Source of the DNA: Octopus vulgaris
Taxonomy: Eukaryota
Assembly: GCA_951406725.2 (NCBI GenBank)
Contig: OX597815.1
Location: 6,262,001 to 6,326,000 of the forward strand
DNA: 64,000 nt
Reading direction: 5' to 3'
Part shown: one piece after another, positions 50,751-63,967 of the stretch
Position numbering within the stretch: position 1 is the first letter of the stretch
Layout: each line of letters starts with the position of its first letter
Notes under the pieces: model-generated
The model's database searches: none
What the model was told of the DNA's origin: nothing
What the model saw: only the letters and a program-made list of their open reading frames with translations
Program-made: the position numbers and the translations under genes

Positions 50751-52356
50751 TACATATTAAATGCATACATTTCATATCTATATTATGTATATGTATGTAT
50801 TTTATGTATATAATACTAAATACATACAAATGCATATATATATATATATATGTATGTATATGTATATCATCATCATCATCATCATCATCATTTAGCGTCC
50901 GTTGATGATGATGATGATGATATACACACACACACATACATACACATACATATATGTAGGTATGAGCAAGTTAGCGCGGTCACTATAGCGACCTGTCTAA
51001 CTTGCTTATCCTTACATCTTACTTTTGTATCTGCTCAAGTGTGAATCTCTTGAGCACTACAAAGTTTATTCTATACAGTGAATATCTGATTCTCATCTAT
51101 GAACTATGTACACACACACACACACACATACATATATATACATATATATATATATAGATACTCTCTTTTGTAATGCTTTGTCTCTCTCTCTCATATATAT
51201 CATCATCATCATCATCATCACCATCATCATTTAATGTCTGGCTTCCATGCTAGCATGGATGGGACAGATTTGCAAGAGCCAGCCAGGCAGAAGCCTGCAC
51301 CAGACTTCTGTGACTGCTTTACAGCTGGATGCCCTTCCTAACACCAACCACTCAGCAGAGTGGACTCGGTGCCTTTTACGTGGCACACACACACACACAT
51401 ACATATATGTGTATGTATATATATATATATATATCTGTCAATGCCAATGTGGCAGATACTCGTGTCACACAAATGGCACCTGTGCCGGTGGCACGTATAA
51501 CCACCCATTACGCACTCGGAGTGGTTGGTATTAGAAAGGGCATGAAACTATAGAAAACCATGCGAAATCAGACTGGAGTCTGGTGCAGCCTCCCAGCTTG
51601 CCAGCATGGACAATGGACATTAAATGATGATGATGATGATGATATATATATATATATATATATATATATGGTCGTTGCCAGTGCCGCTGGACTGGCTCCT
51701 GTGCAGGTGGCACGTAAAAAACACCATTTGAGCGTGGCCATTGCTAGTACCGCCTGACTGGCCCTCGTGCCGGTAGCACGTAAAAAGCACCCACTACACT
51801 CTCGGAGTGGTTGGTGTTAGGAAAAGCATCCAGCTGTAGAAACACTGCCAGATCAAGATTGGAGCCTGGTGTGGCCATCAACCACTTTCATTTATCGTTC
51901 AGTTTGTGTATGTACATGTGGCCACATTAAAGGTATTTAAAGTTACCGCCTTGTTTCATGCATTTCTTTATACTGGGTTTCCTGTCGAATGATATTACAG
52001 CCTTCTGAGTAGAGTCACATTAGATGGAATACAACCTATCCATCGAAAAATCTTTCTAGGAGAATTTTTCCTTTAGATAATTAGAGAAATATTTCATAAA
52101 TGTAACACAGCCAATAAATCCGAGACGGGTTATTTATGCTGGGGAAGAAGGTGAAAGGAAAAGATGCGATCTCCCCACATAACTTGCCAATGTACCATAA
52201 GCAATTTTTCATAATTTCGTGCTAATGGAATGTAATACTTTTGCTTGCTTTCATTGTTTTATTATTAGCAACAATTATTATGATCAGTGGACTTATGTTC
52301 ATCTGGATCCTTCGCCTACAACACTTGAATTCCCATCCATAAGGACGCATAAGACA

Positions 52357-52770
52357 TACTCTCTTTTACTCTTTTACTTGTTTCAGTCATTTGACTGCGG
52401 CCATGCTGGAGCACTGCTTTTAGTCGAGCAAATCAACCCCGGGACTTATTCTTTGTAAGCCCAGTACTTATTCTATCGGTCTCTTTTGCCGAACCGCTAA
52501 GTGACGGGGACGTAAACACACCAGCATCGGTTGTCAAGCAATGCTAGGGGGACAAACACAGACACACACGTACATACACACACATACATATATATATATA
52601 TACATATATACGACGGGCTTCTTTCAGTTTCCGTCTACCGAATCCACTCACAAGGCTTTGGTCGGCCCGAGGCTATAGCAGAAGATACTTGCCCAAGGTG
52701 CCACGCAGTGGGACTGAACCCAGAACCATGTGGTTGGTAAACAAGCTACTTACCACACAGCTACTCCTGC
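52357..52770 (-). mobile_element. SINE family A, full length
   Basis: Homologous to 881-1297. Confidence 0.9.
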
Positions 52771-52873
52771 AACTATTTTTATCGCATAAAAAAAAAGATG
52801 GAAACTAACTCCTCTTATTTGCCTGTAAATATGGTACATAGTAAGTACACACACACACACACACACACACATT

Positions 52874-53205
52874 TATGGACAACTGCTTCGAAACCTCCAG
52901 CCTCTATATCCAGACTATGAATTCATATTCATACCAATGATAATTGGGGCACGAGGTTTTGTTAGTAAATACTCAAAGGAGAATCTAGATAAACTGGGAT
53001 TTTCAGAAAGAGAACTTGACCGGCTAATTTGTACATCACTAGTGCAATCTGTGAGTGGAACAGTAAAAATATGCAAGACTTTTCTCAAGTTCCAAATGTG
53101 AATTTGTCTGTGTTAACTACATCCCAAATATGGAACCTTGTATCTTTGTTGGAAACCAGCTCCCTCCTTAGTGGAAGATTTATAACAATTAAATAATAGA
53201 TGGGA
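52874..53205 (+). pseudogene. 3' end of a second RLE-type non-LTR retrotransposon (not in the ORF track)
   Basis: 52874-53101 is open for 75 codons: YGQLLRNLQPLYPDYEFIFIPMIIGARGFVSKYSKENLDKLGFSERELDRLICTSLVQSVSGTVKICKTFLKFQM*. It has the P(I/M)IIGAxG motif of RLE C-termini and is flanked by (CA)n and (CATA)n. Confidence 0.7.
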
Positions 53206-53224
53206 CATACATACAGACATACGT

Positions 53225-53261
<37 letters not shown>

Positions 53262-54277
53262 CATTTGAGATAGATATGGATGTGGATTTATCATTCTTGT
53301 TTGCAAATACTCCAAGGGCAGTGATATTGTGTCTAAAGCCAGCTAGTGACGACGATCTCTTGGGGCTATAAAGCTACAGTAACACCCCCTCCCCAATGTG
53401 GTTAGCCATGATAAGATGGCTTCTATACTTTACAATAATAAATTTGTACTCAACAAAAGTATCAAGTATCTTATCAGATTAATTAATGTAAAATTTATAA
53501 TTGAACATAAAAGCAAACGTTAATATAGACGTAGGATCTTATAGACAGAAAGAGAGAGAGGGGGAGGGAGAGAGAGAAAGAAACAAAGAGAGAGAGAGAA
53601 AGAGAAAAGAAAGATTGAGAGAAATAGAAAGAAAAAGAGAGAAATAGAAAGAAAAGAGAGAGAGAGAGAGAGAGAGAGAGCAAGAGAGAGAGAGAGCGAG
53701 AGAGAGAGAAGTACAGATAAATGAACAAATGTTGGCAGATAGATGTGTAGACCGTCAGAGAGGCGAGTAGACTGCGGCCAGTGGAGGCTAAACTGATATT
53801 TCATGTTAAACTTAATGAGTTTACAGAACATCAATTGGTTCATGGGAATGGAAGGCCTTGAATAACAATTTCTACCTGTTCCAGCCAGTTACCTGTGTGG
53901 CCATGCTGGAGCAGTGAAGTAATTTTTCAACCAATAACTAAACTATAAGCGCCGACATGGCTGCGTGGTTAAGAAGGTCACTTTGCAACCATGAGGTTTC
54001 GGGGCCAGCCAGTCCCCTCAGTGGAGCATTTTGGACAAATGACTTCCTCTAAAGCTCCATCCTGACCAAAGCCTTGTGAATTAATTTGGTAAACGGAAAC
54101 TGTGTGGAAGCCCATCGTGTATACACACACACACGCATGCACATAACTGTCTTTGGGTCTGTATCTTCATCTTCACATGTTGGCAATTGTTGTTTGTGTC
54201 CCCGGTGACTAAGTGGTTCGGCAAAAGACACTAATAAAATAAGTACCAAACTTACAAAAAAAAAAAAATAATACGTA

Positions 54278-54441
54278 ACCAACCACATGGTTCCGGGTTC
54301 AGTCCCACTGCGTGGCACCTTGGGCAAGTATCTTCTACTATAGGTTCGGGCCGACCAAAGCCTTGGGAATGGATTTGGTAGACGGAAACTGAAAGAAGCC
54401 CGTCGTATATATGTATGTATGTATATGTATGTATATATATG

Positions 54442-54503
<62 letters not shown>

Positions 54504-54799
54504 CAATATAGGGTGGCAAGGAAAATTTTGTAGAATTTTTTTGCCACCAGCGGCCCAGTGGGAAAAATTAAATAGTCATAGACCATTTTTAAGTTCAACA
54601 TTAACAATTAAGGAACGGCCATAATAGGCCATTCACCCACTAGAAATAACAGCCAAAGCTTCTACCGCAAATAAAGATCAATTCCGTAAACAGGAGAAAT
54701 TTTCTCCTGTTTACGGAATTGATCTTTATTTGCGGTAGAAGCTTTGGCTGTTATTTCTAGTGGGTGAATGGCCTATTATGGCCGTTATAATTGTTAATG

Positions 54800-54840
<41 letters not shown>

Positions 54841-54914
54841 TATATAATACAAAATGGGATAAGAACGCAAAACATCTAGACAACTAGGTGATGCAAAAAG
54901 GGACAACAAAACAT

Positions 54915-54980
<66 letters not shown>

Positions 54981-55205
54981 ATGCATGTGTGTATATGTTT
55001 GTGTGTCTGTCTTTGTCCCCGCAACATCGCTTGACAACCGATGCTGGTGTGTTTACGCCCCCGTAACCTAGCGGTTCGGCAAAAGAGATCGATAGAATAA
55101 GTACTAGGCTTAGTATGAATAAGTCCTGGGGTCGACTTGTTCGACTAAAGGCGGTGCTCCAGCATGGCCACAGTCAAATGACTGAAACAACTAAAAGAGT
55201 TGAAG
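54278..55205 (+). mobile_element. SINE family A split at its central microsatellite by inserted sequence
   Basis: Head half at 54278-54410 and tail half at ~54997-55205. Confidence 0.75.
54597..54801. repeat. Near-perfect DNA palindrome
   Basis: 86 bp perfect arms (54614-54699 / 54701-54786) around a single T at 54700, plus 14 further paired bases after a small bulge. Confidence 0.95.
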
Positions 55206-56285
55206 AGTACTGGTGTCGATCTGTTCGACAGAACCCTTTCAAGGCGGTGCCCCAGCATGGCCACAGTCGAATGACTGAACTATGTAAATATATTCCCCTC
55301 CGTAGAAATGTTATCCATCAGAAATGGTGACACGAAGCATGGAAAGAATGTTCTTTTCTTCTGTGAAATGAAGGTCTGTGGGTGAAGCGGCTCCGATTGC
55401 AGGCCTCCGCTCGGTTCCGCTCTGCGTTCGAAGACAGACCGAGCGAATTCTTCGTTTTGTAATTTATTGCGATTGTTTTTTTGGGTGTGTGTGGTTTTTA
55501 TGAGATTAGAGAGAAGCGTAAGAGAAACTGTTATGTCAGCAGAGATATTCACCTGCCCAATAAAACAGGCATCAGATGGAAATATCTTTGAATTCTTGGC
55601 TGTTAGACAGCATTCCTTGACGAAAATAGCAAAAACAGAGCAACAATAGCTAAAACCCAACAGAACTCGCGAAGTGTGTCAGATTCAGACTGTTTGTACT
55701 AACCCCTACCTCAATGTAGCTGGCTGCCTCTCTTAGTCTAAGGTTTCTTTGTTCTAGAAATTCGAGGCGGGGGTGGCGGGTGGGAAAGAAAAGAAGACAG
55801 GACTCGTACTTTGGAAATGTTCCTCGCAGCATCCAACCCATGCCAGCATGGAAGACTCACGTTACCATGGTGATCGTAATGGCGGTGATGATGATGATGA
55901 TGCATTCTACACGTAAATACACGTTCTCTCTTACCCATTCACACACACACACACTCCACCTGTAACCTTTTTTTTTTCTAATTTAATCTTATTTAATACC
56001 TCTTATTTTGTTTGTTAATCACAGGACTGCAAATTAATTTAATCAGAAGCATAGTTTTACTTTTACTCTTTTACTGGAAGAAAAGGGGGAAAAAAACATT
56101 AAAAGAAAAGATCAAATTATCGGGAGGAAAGAAAACCCAAAAGTACCTCACCATGGAAACAAAGAAAAAAAAGGGGAAAAGAAACGAGGGGGGATTAAGC
56201 AGCAGAATGGGGGAGAGAGTAATGGGTTGTACACCCTAGGGCGGAGGTAAGGAATACGTACACCACCTGTTTTCGGCGTAACAAA

Positions 56286-56332
56286 AACCCTAACCCTAAG
56301 CCCTAACCTTAACCCTAAACCCTAACCCTCAA
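56286..56332 (-). repeat. Short degenerate (TTAGGG)n-like interstitial tract
   Basis: AACCCTAACCCTAAGCCCTAACCTTAACCCTAAACCCTAACCCT; a similar tract lies at ~7880-7935. Confidence 0.7.
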
Positions 56333-56773
56333 CACTGGGTATGCGTGTTCTTTACTTTCGCCCACCACAGAACAAATGGTGTGTTTGGTCTCGACTCGTG
56401 GAATATAAGTGCAAAGGCGAGGCTGCAGACTGGCCAGCGACACTCTGCTGCAACAGTCACCCTATCCGGTGGTGCTCATTTCTCAGACGGGCCGCAGATA
56501 TCTCGTAATCTGCAGCAAGGGATCCGAGAACACCTGAGAGGTCTCGACAGCGACCGGCGCAAACTGTTAGGGGCCGGTCAAGGCTCCTTTATCAGTTTAT
56601 GCCTCTTCTCTTCGTTAACGGGTAAAAGAGAAGGAAGATGAAATTTTGAATATCTTTTATCTGTTATATTATGAATAATACAAATATTAAATAATATTAA
56701 TATTCGTACATATTTATATGGACACACTGCATATATACCAATTCTTGATGTTTTGCGTTCTTGTCCCATTTTG

Positions 56774-56831
<58 letters not shown>

Positions 56832-56908
56832 TATATGCATGACCTCGTGTGTACCGTTGGCGATTTTTTTCCTCTGTCTTCCCTTCTCAGGATCTTTCCT
56901 TCTCCTAT

Positions 56909-56943
56909 GTTTCCGACGAAGAGCTCCGCTCGAAACGTTGAAC
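56909..56943 (+). ncRNA. Minimal type I hammerhead motif (U4C variant) in a TA-flanked ~210 bp repeat (56835-57043)
   Basis: GTTT-CCGACGA-A-GAGC-tcc-GCTC-GAAA-CG-TT-GAAC; same architecture as 49343-49380. Confidence 0.6.
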
Positions 56944-57055
56944 CCTCCTTCTTTCCTTCCTTCCTGAACGTCCAATAATACTTGATTTGTTCCACGTCCT
57001 CGCGTTGTTGTGTTATTTTGTGCTTTCATGTTTGGATTAACTATATATATATATA

Positions 57056-57233
57056 CTAGCAGTATCGCCCGGCGTTGCTCAGGTTTGTAAGGGAAATAAC
57101 TATAAAGCATTTTTAGAGAGTTATAGCCAAAAAATAGCCAAGTTTCATCAGAATCGGTTGAAAGCCGTGGTCAGGGTGAGGGTACAAGAAAACAGACACA
57201 CAGAAACACGCACAGACAAACTGCCGTTTATAT

Positions 57234-57238
<5 letters not shown>
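57056..57238 (-). mobile_element. Short non-autonomous Helitron, subfamily 3
   Basis: 5' TCTCTATATAAAC; the 3' ~85 bp is shared with subfamily 2 and ends in hairpin plus CTAG. Confidence 0.75.
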
Positions 57239-57285
<47 letters not shown>

Positions 57286-57497
57286 GTCCTTATATGTGTA
57301 TATCTCTCTCTTTCTCTCTATTTCGCACGCACTCATTTATACGATTTTATACGTGTATTTATGCTTATGTGTGTACCACGTCGTGTATGTATATAAATGT
57401 CTATATATTTACAAGTATATACTTATGTATGTGTATATGGATGTGTGTTGTATCTATTTGTGCATGTGTGTGTTTACATATAAGTAAATATCTATGC

Positions 57498-57601
<104 letters not shown>

Positions 57602-57914
57602 GTATTCGTAAATGTTAAAAGACAAAAAAAAACCTGCTAATTAACTCATATATCTTTGAAATTCTGATGGAATGACGAGACACCATTAACTGCATAACTC
57701 GAAATGCACCGACGAGTTTTACTTTCACTTGAAAACCCTTCCTTAAAATCCTTCTTTATTCTCTCTTTCAAATTCCTTCCCAGTTTTTTTGAAGGTCAAA
57801 ACCAGGATGGTGTTATTTATTTCGTTCTTTGTGAAGCTTTTATCCGTTTATTTATATCGTTGATGCCTACGCAATCTTAGATAAAGTGCACCAGACAACC
57901 GACAGGTCTTAACC

Positions 57915-57981
<67 letters not shown>

Positions 57982-58013
57982 TGCATATTTATGTGAGTAT
58001 ATATATATATATA

Positions 58014-58139
58014 TCTTTTACTCTTTTACTTGTTTCAGTGCTGGAGCATCGCCTTTAGTCGAGCAAATCGTCCCCATGACTTATTCTCTGTAAGCCTAGT
58101 ACTTATTCTATCGGTCTTTTGCACACACACACACACACG

Positions 58140-58195
<56 letters not shown>

Positions 58196-58371
58196 TTTAC
58201 ATATATATGACGGGCTTCTTTCAGTTTCCGTCTACCAAATCCACTCAGAAGGGTTTGGTAGGCTCGAGGTTATAGTAGAAGACACTTGCCCAAGGTGACA
58301 CGCAGTGGGACTGAACCCGGAACCATGTGGCACGTAAGCAAGCTGCTTACCACACAGCCACTCCTACGCCT
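58014..58371 (-). mobile_element. SINE family A, internally deleted
   Basis: Homologous head and tail. Confidence 0.85.
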
Positions 58372-58387
58372 AATATGTACATAGTGA

Positions 58388-58672
58388 GGACCGGTTCTCC
58401 GTCGACTACGACGACCATTATTCCAGTAAATCCGAACAATGGCATGGCCTGTTCGGGAAATTAACTCGCGGGTGGTTGAGCACTCCACAGACACACGTAC
58501 CCGTAACATAATCCTCAGGGAGATTCAGCGTGACACAGACTCACTTTTTGTCAGTGGTGTTCACTGGAGCAACGTGAAAACAAGTGTCTTGCTCAAGGAC
58601 AAAATGCGTTGCCGGGAATCGAACTCACAGCCTTAGGATTGTGAGCCAAATCCACCAAAACACGCGCCTTCA
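58388..58672 (-). mobile_element. SINE family D
   Basis: Homologous to 36625-36931. Confidence 0.75.
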
Positions 58673-58691
58673 CCATGTACAGATATATGAG

Positions 58692-58841
<150 letters not shown>

Positions 58842-58864
58842 CGTGTGTGTGTGCGTGCGTGTGT

Positions 58865-59177
58865 GTGGAGGCACAATGGCCCAGTGGTTAGGGTGTCGGA
58901 CTCATGGTTGTAGGATCGCGGTTTCAATTCCCAGACCGAGCGTTGTGAGTGTTTATTGAGCGAAAACACCTAAAAGCTCCATGAGGCTCCGGCAGGGGTC
59001 AGTGGTGAACCCTGCTGTACTCTTTCGTCACAACTTTCTCTCACTCTTTCTTCTGTTGGCCTGCTCGCTTAGCCAGCGGGGTGGCGTCATTTGAAGGCTA
59101 AAACAATGCGAAGCGCATTGTGACCAGCGATGTGTAGCAACATCTGATTGCCTGGTCGGTCACGGTGATCACGGTGA
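58865..59177 (+). mobile_element. SINE with head type E, tail 3
   Basis: Head GGAGGCACAATGGCCCAGTGGTTAGGG, ending GTCACGGTGATCACGGTGAT before (TA)n. Confidence 0.8.
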
Positions 59178-59888
59178 TATATATATATATATATATATCT
59201 ATATATATATATATACACAGAGGGTGGCTGTGTGGTAAGTAGCTTGCTTACCAACCACATGGTTCCGGGTTCCGTCCCACTGCATGGCACTTTGGGGCAA
59301 GTGTCTTCTACTATAGCCTCGGGTTGACCAAAGCCCTGTGAGTGGATTTGGTGGACAGAAACTGAATGAAGCCTGTCGTGTATGTACATATATATGTGTA
59401 TATGTGTGTGTGTATGTTTGTGTGTCTGTGTTTGACCCCCCCCCCCCACTAACACCACCACCATCCACATCAACAATAGGGTATGTGTTGTGTGTGTGTG
59501 TTGTGTGTGTGTGTGTGTGTGTAAAGGCTGCAAGCTGGTTGAATCGTTACTGCGCCGTGCCAAATGCCGAGCGGTCCTTCGCCGAGGTCGGCTTTGCCTT
59601 TCACCATTTGGGGATCGATAAAGTAAGTACCAGTTGAACTCTGGGGGGTCGATGTAATCGACATAACCCACACACCTGAAATTGCTGGCATTGTGCCAAA
59701 ATTTCAATTATATATACCAGACTAACCACATAAATGTGAAACAAGGTGGGGGAAAAAAAGTACTCGAATACCGGGGGTAGAGTAATGTGCTTTATTAATA
59801 AAGCTGGAAAGACATCGCAAAAATATTACAGAAATATCACAAAAATGTCACAAAAAAGTCACTAAAATTTCACAAAAGCATCACAAAA

Positions 59889-59930
59889 AACTGCTACTCC
59901 GAATTTCACGTTCCCGTTTGTTTGATAGTT
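59889..59930 (-). ncRNA. Strongly degenerate hammerhead-like motif
   Basis: Minus strand reads AACTAT-CAAACAA-ACG-ggaa-CGT-GAAA-TTCGGAG-TA-GCAGTT. Stem II, GAAA and GTA are kept, but the CTGANGA box is destroyed. Confidence 0.35.
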
Positions 59931-60479
59931 GTGATTATATGTGTGTGTGTGTATGTGTGTGACATATATATATATATATACTTATATGTCATGTCTGGGG
60001 AGAGTCATTTTCTTTTTGTGCTTTATTACTTAACACACTCACAGGTAAAATTTCCACTTATTTCATATTTTCATTTTCCTAAAATTTTCGTTGCGTCTTG
60101 CAACCTTTTCAATATAGTCTTGACACAGAAAGAATCTTGCAAACCAAATCCAAAAAAAGAAATATATATATCAATTTCTTTATGAACCATGAAGTTGGGG
60201 GGAAAGAGGGGACGATACGAGGACAGACAAAACAAACGTTGGGGTCAGGGTATCGAATGAGACGAAACGTATGAATAAACAAACAATTAAAATATATACA
60301 ATCAAATGAGAATGAGTGATTTACAAAAAATGAAGCGGAGGACGTGGTTGACCCCACAAACCACATCCTCACACCGAAGACGTTGCTTTCTCCTTTTTTA
60401 CATTCTCGTTTAAACAAGTTCTTTTACTCGCAACATTACTTGCTACAGACTTCCATCTTCTACGAAACTCACTTTGCGA

Positions 60480-60886
60480 CTCTCTTTACCCTTACTCTTT
60501 TACTTGTTTCAGTCATTTGACTGCGGCCATGCTGGAGCACCGCCTTTAGTCGAGCAACTCGACCCCCGGGACTTATTCTTTTTGTAAGCCCAGTACTTAT
60601 TCTATCGGTCTCTTTTTTGCCGAACCGCTAAGTGACGGGGACGTAAACACACCAGCATCGGTTGTCAAGCAATGCTAGGGGAACAAACACAGACACACAA
60701 ACACACACACACATACACATATATATATATACGACGGGCTTCTTTCAGTTTCCGTCTACCAAATCCACTCACAAGGCATTGGTCGGCCCGGGGCTATAGC
60801 AGAAGACACTTGCCCAAGGTCCCACGCAGTGGGACACTGAACCCGGAACCATGTGGTTGGTAGGCAAGCTACTTACCACACAGCCA
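60480..60886 (-). mobile_element. SINE family A
   Basis: Homologous to 881-1297. Confidence 0.9.
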
Positions 60887-61299
60887 CACCCTGCGACAGG
60901 GCATTTTTTTTATCCAGCCTTATTTTTCCGTTTCATGTGGTAAACGAAAAAGTCGGTTAGCTCGAGACTGGAGATGAAACATGGCCCGTTGCAATTCCTT
61001 TCCCCTCTCGTCTTCCATAACCACCTCCAGATGTCATTGTCCTTTCACGACTTCATAATAAAGCCACGCCCTTTCCTGAGGACTCTCAGAAAAGATAGGG
61101 GTAAAAAAAAAAGTTGTCCCAACTTATTCCCCCATATATTATTTTTATCGGTTAGCTCCACCACTACTCACAGACAACTTTATCTCATCCACCCGGATTT
61201 CACCCGCCACCCTCACCTTATCTGTTATCAATCCTCTCTTAAACGCGTATCTTTACACTTCTAATCTCCGGTTTTGTCCCATTTTCCCCCTCGTTTCTG

Positions 61300-62170
61300 T
61301 CATCTCAGCCTCTCTCTCTCTCTCTCTCTTACTCTGTCTTTCTCCCTCTCTCTGTCTCCCCATCCCTCCCTCCCTTTCATTGACTCACTCTTTCTCTCTC
61401 TCCTCCCCCCCCCTTCATTGACTTACTCATTCACTCATTCTCTCTCGCTCTCTCTCTCTCCCTCCCTCCCTTTCATTGACTTACTCATTCTCTCTCCCTC
61501 TCTCTTACTCTCTCTCACTCTATCTTTCTCTCTCTCTCTCTCTCACTATCTTTCACTCTCTCTCTCTCTCCCTCCCTTTCATTGACTCACTCTTTCTCTC
61601 TCTCTCCCCCCCCCTTCATTGACTTACTCATTCACTCATTCTCTCTCGCTCTCTCTCTCTCCCTCCCTCCCTTTCATTGACTCACTCATTCACTCTCCCT
61701 CTCTCTTACTCTCTCTCACTCTATCTTTCTCTCTCTCTCTCTCACTCACTCTATCTTTCACTCTCTCTCTCTCTCCTTCCCTTTCATTGACTCACTCTTT
61801 TCTCTCTCCTTCCCCCCTTTCATTGACTTACTCATTCTCTCTCCCTCTCTCTCTCTCTCTCGCTCTCTCTCTCCCTCCCTCCCTTTCATTGACTCACTCA
61901 TTCACTCTCCCTCTCTCTTACTCTCTCCCACTCTATCTTTCTCTCTCTCTCTCACTCACTCTATCTTTCACTCTCTCTCTCTCTCCTTCCCTTTCATTGA
62001 CTCACTCTTTCTCTCTCTCCTTCCCCCCTTTCATTGACTTACTCATTCTCTCTCCCTCTCTCTCTCTCTCTCGCTCTCTCTCTCCCTCCCTCCCTTTCAT
62101 TGACTTACTCATTCTCTCTCCCTCTCTCTTACACTCTCTCCCTCTCTCTTACTCTCTCTCTCTTCTCTGT
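61300..62170. repeat. Polypyrimidine (CT-rich) minisatellite with a ~205 bp higher-order period
   Basis: CTTCATTGAC/CTTTCATTGAC anchors recur 12 times, in four groups of three. Confidence 0.85.
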
Positions 62171-62545
62171 CAACTCTCGATGTTGATGTTGATGTCGTTG
62201 TTCACTCCCAAGCCAATCTTGATCGATCTATGATCAAAGGCAATCCAACCGTGATCGTCCCGTTTTATTTTTTCCTGCACACAGAGAAACTAGAGTCATG
62301 TTATCCAACATGTTTGTTTGGTTATTTATTTATTTATTTTTTTGTCTTCAAATCGGAAATTATGGTTTCGGAAGATCTGGCTGCTATTTTCAGCATATTG
62401 AAGTCCATGTAGAGGCTTCCTCATAATGCTGGCAACGTTGGGAGGGGGGTGCCGTTGATGTTTACGATGTTGTTGATGATGGCGGCGGTGGTGGTGGTGG
62501 TGGTGGTGGTTGTGGAGGTGGTGACGAAGGTGGTGGTGATCGTAG

Positions 62546-62577
<32 letters not shown>

Positions 62578-63160
62578 GTGGTGGTGATGGTGGTGGTGGT
62601 GGTGGTGGTGGTGATGGCGGTGTTGATGGTAGTGCTGAAAACGGGGTTATGGTTGTTGCCGATTTCATTGTTCTTCCCTGTTACCCCCTTATCGTCGCTC
62701 ACCCCTCAAACACCGATACCCTTTCCATACCCCCTTTCTACCTACCCACCCACCCACCCACCCACCCTTTCTTTCTCCATTTCTGCATTCTTTCAAATAA
62801 TTACCATTTCCACCCCCCTTACATCCGCCCCCCACTCTTTTTTTTTTTACTTCTGATGCAACTCCCTTATCCCTTACCAACTCTAAACAGACACATGTCT
62901 GTTTGTCCCCCACCCCGCCCACACCCGACCCCCCTCAGCCCCTTACCGACTCCCCACCCCCGCAGCTCCCACCGACTTATGATCCCTATTTTAATGGTTG
63001 TGCTACGAAGTAGGTCAGATTGGAGGCGGCGGCGGCGGCGTCGGGAAGGGCCAGGTTCTGGGATCTTAAAACTGCGTCATTCCTATTGAAATCACCTGAG
63101 CTCATTCCACCCCCACCCCCCATACACACACCTCGCTGTTATCAGGTAATTTGTGTGTGT

Positions 63161-63208
<48 letters not shown>

Positions 63209-63436
63209 AAAGGGTACGTTGAGTGGGTGTTCTAAAAAATAAAGGAAAAGGGAGCTGTTCAGAATCTTGGCATATTTGGAAGGTAATTATTTGCTTCCTT
63301 CCAAACCCAGATCCCCCAAAATTCTTCACATTTCCATAAATGGTTCCGAAGAATTACATTTATAATCACATTACTCTCGCAGCGACTGTAAACCCTCAGA
63401 CTTCTCTGTGTTTTTTTTTTTTTTTTTTTTTTTTAG

Positions 63437-63545
63437 TGTTATCTGAATAAGCCCGTTGTTATCTGAGAGAGTTGCCAGTTATCTGAGGATGTCTCAGCTA
63501 TCTGAGACTATCTGAGTTGGCTGAGGGTGCCTTTGTCGGCTTCAA
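63437..63545 (+). other. Candidate non-coding/5'UTR exon
   Basis: Poly-T tract and AG at 63435-63436, AA|GTATGT donor at 63546, and an upstream donor CAG|GTAATT at 63146. All three frames are closed. Confidence 0.35.
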
Positions 63546-63722
63546 GTATGTTACCGTCACATTCAAGTGTGCTAAAGCAACCTTACAGTTTGTTTAAGCT
63601 TGCTTAGCTTAGGATATTATATATATATATTACTAATATAGGATGAAGTCTTTTTACAGAAAAAAATTTCATCAAAAAGTGGCAGCATATTAAAATACCT
63701 TTAAAGTTTAAAATTATAAACA

Positions 63723-63962
63723 ACTTATAAACAAGGGCAAAAGAAAATTATTTCTATGCCAATATGCTGATAACAGACTTTTAAATCGTCAATTTCTAAT
63801 CACGGACTTTTAAAAAAAAATTCTGTTGGCTAGCTTTCCTCGATTTCAGCACAACGTATTTCTGTAGTGAGTATATAATAATATGTGGAAATTGACGATT
63901 TAAAAGTCTGTTATCAGCATATTGGCATAGAAATAATTTTTTTTTTGCCCTTGTTTAAAAGT
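63723..63962. mobile_element. MITE with ~70 bp TIRs
   Basis: AAACAAGGGCAAAAGAAAATTATTTCTATGCCAATATGCTGATAACAGACTTTTAAATCGTCAATTTC is inverted at 63888-63956. Confidence 0.8.
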
Positions 63963-63967
63963 CTTAT

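Noticed and set aside
56286-56332. Telomere or chromosome-fusion site
   Set aside because: It is only ~47 bp, degenerate and internal; a similar tract at ~7.9 kb suggests it belongs to dispersed repeats.
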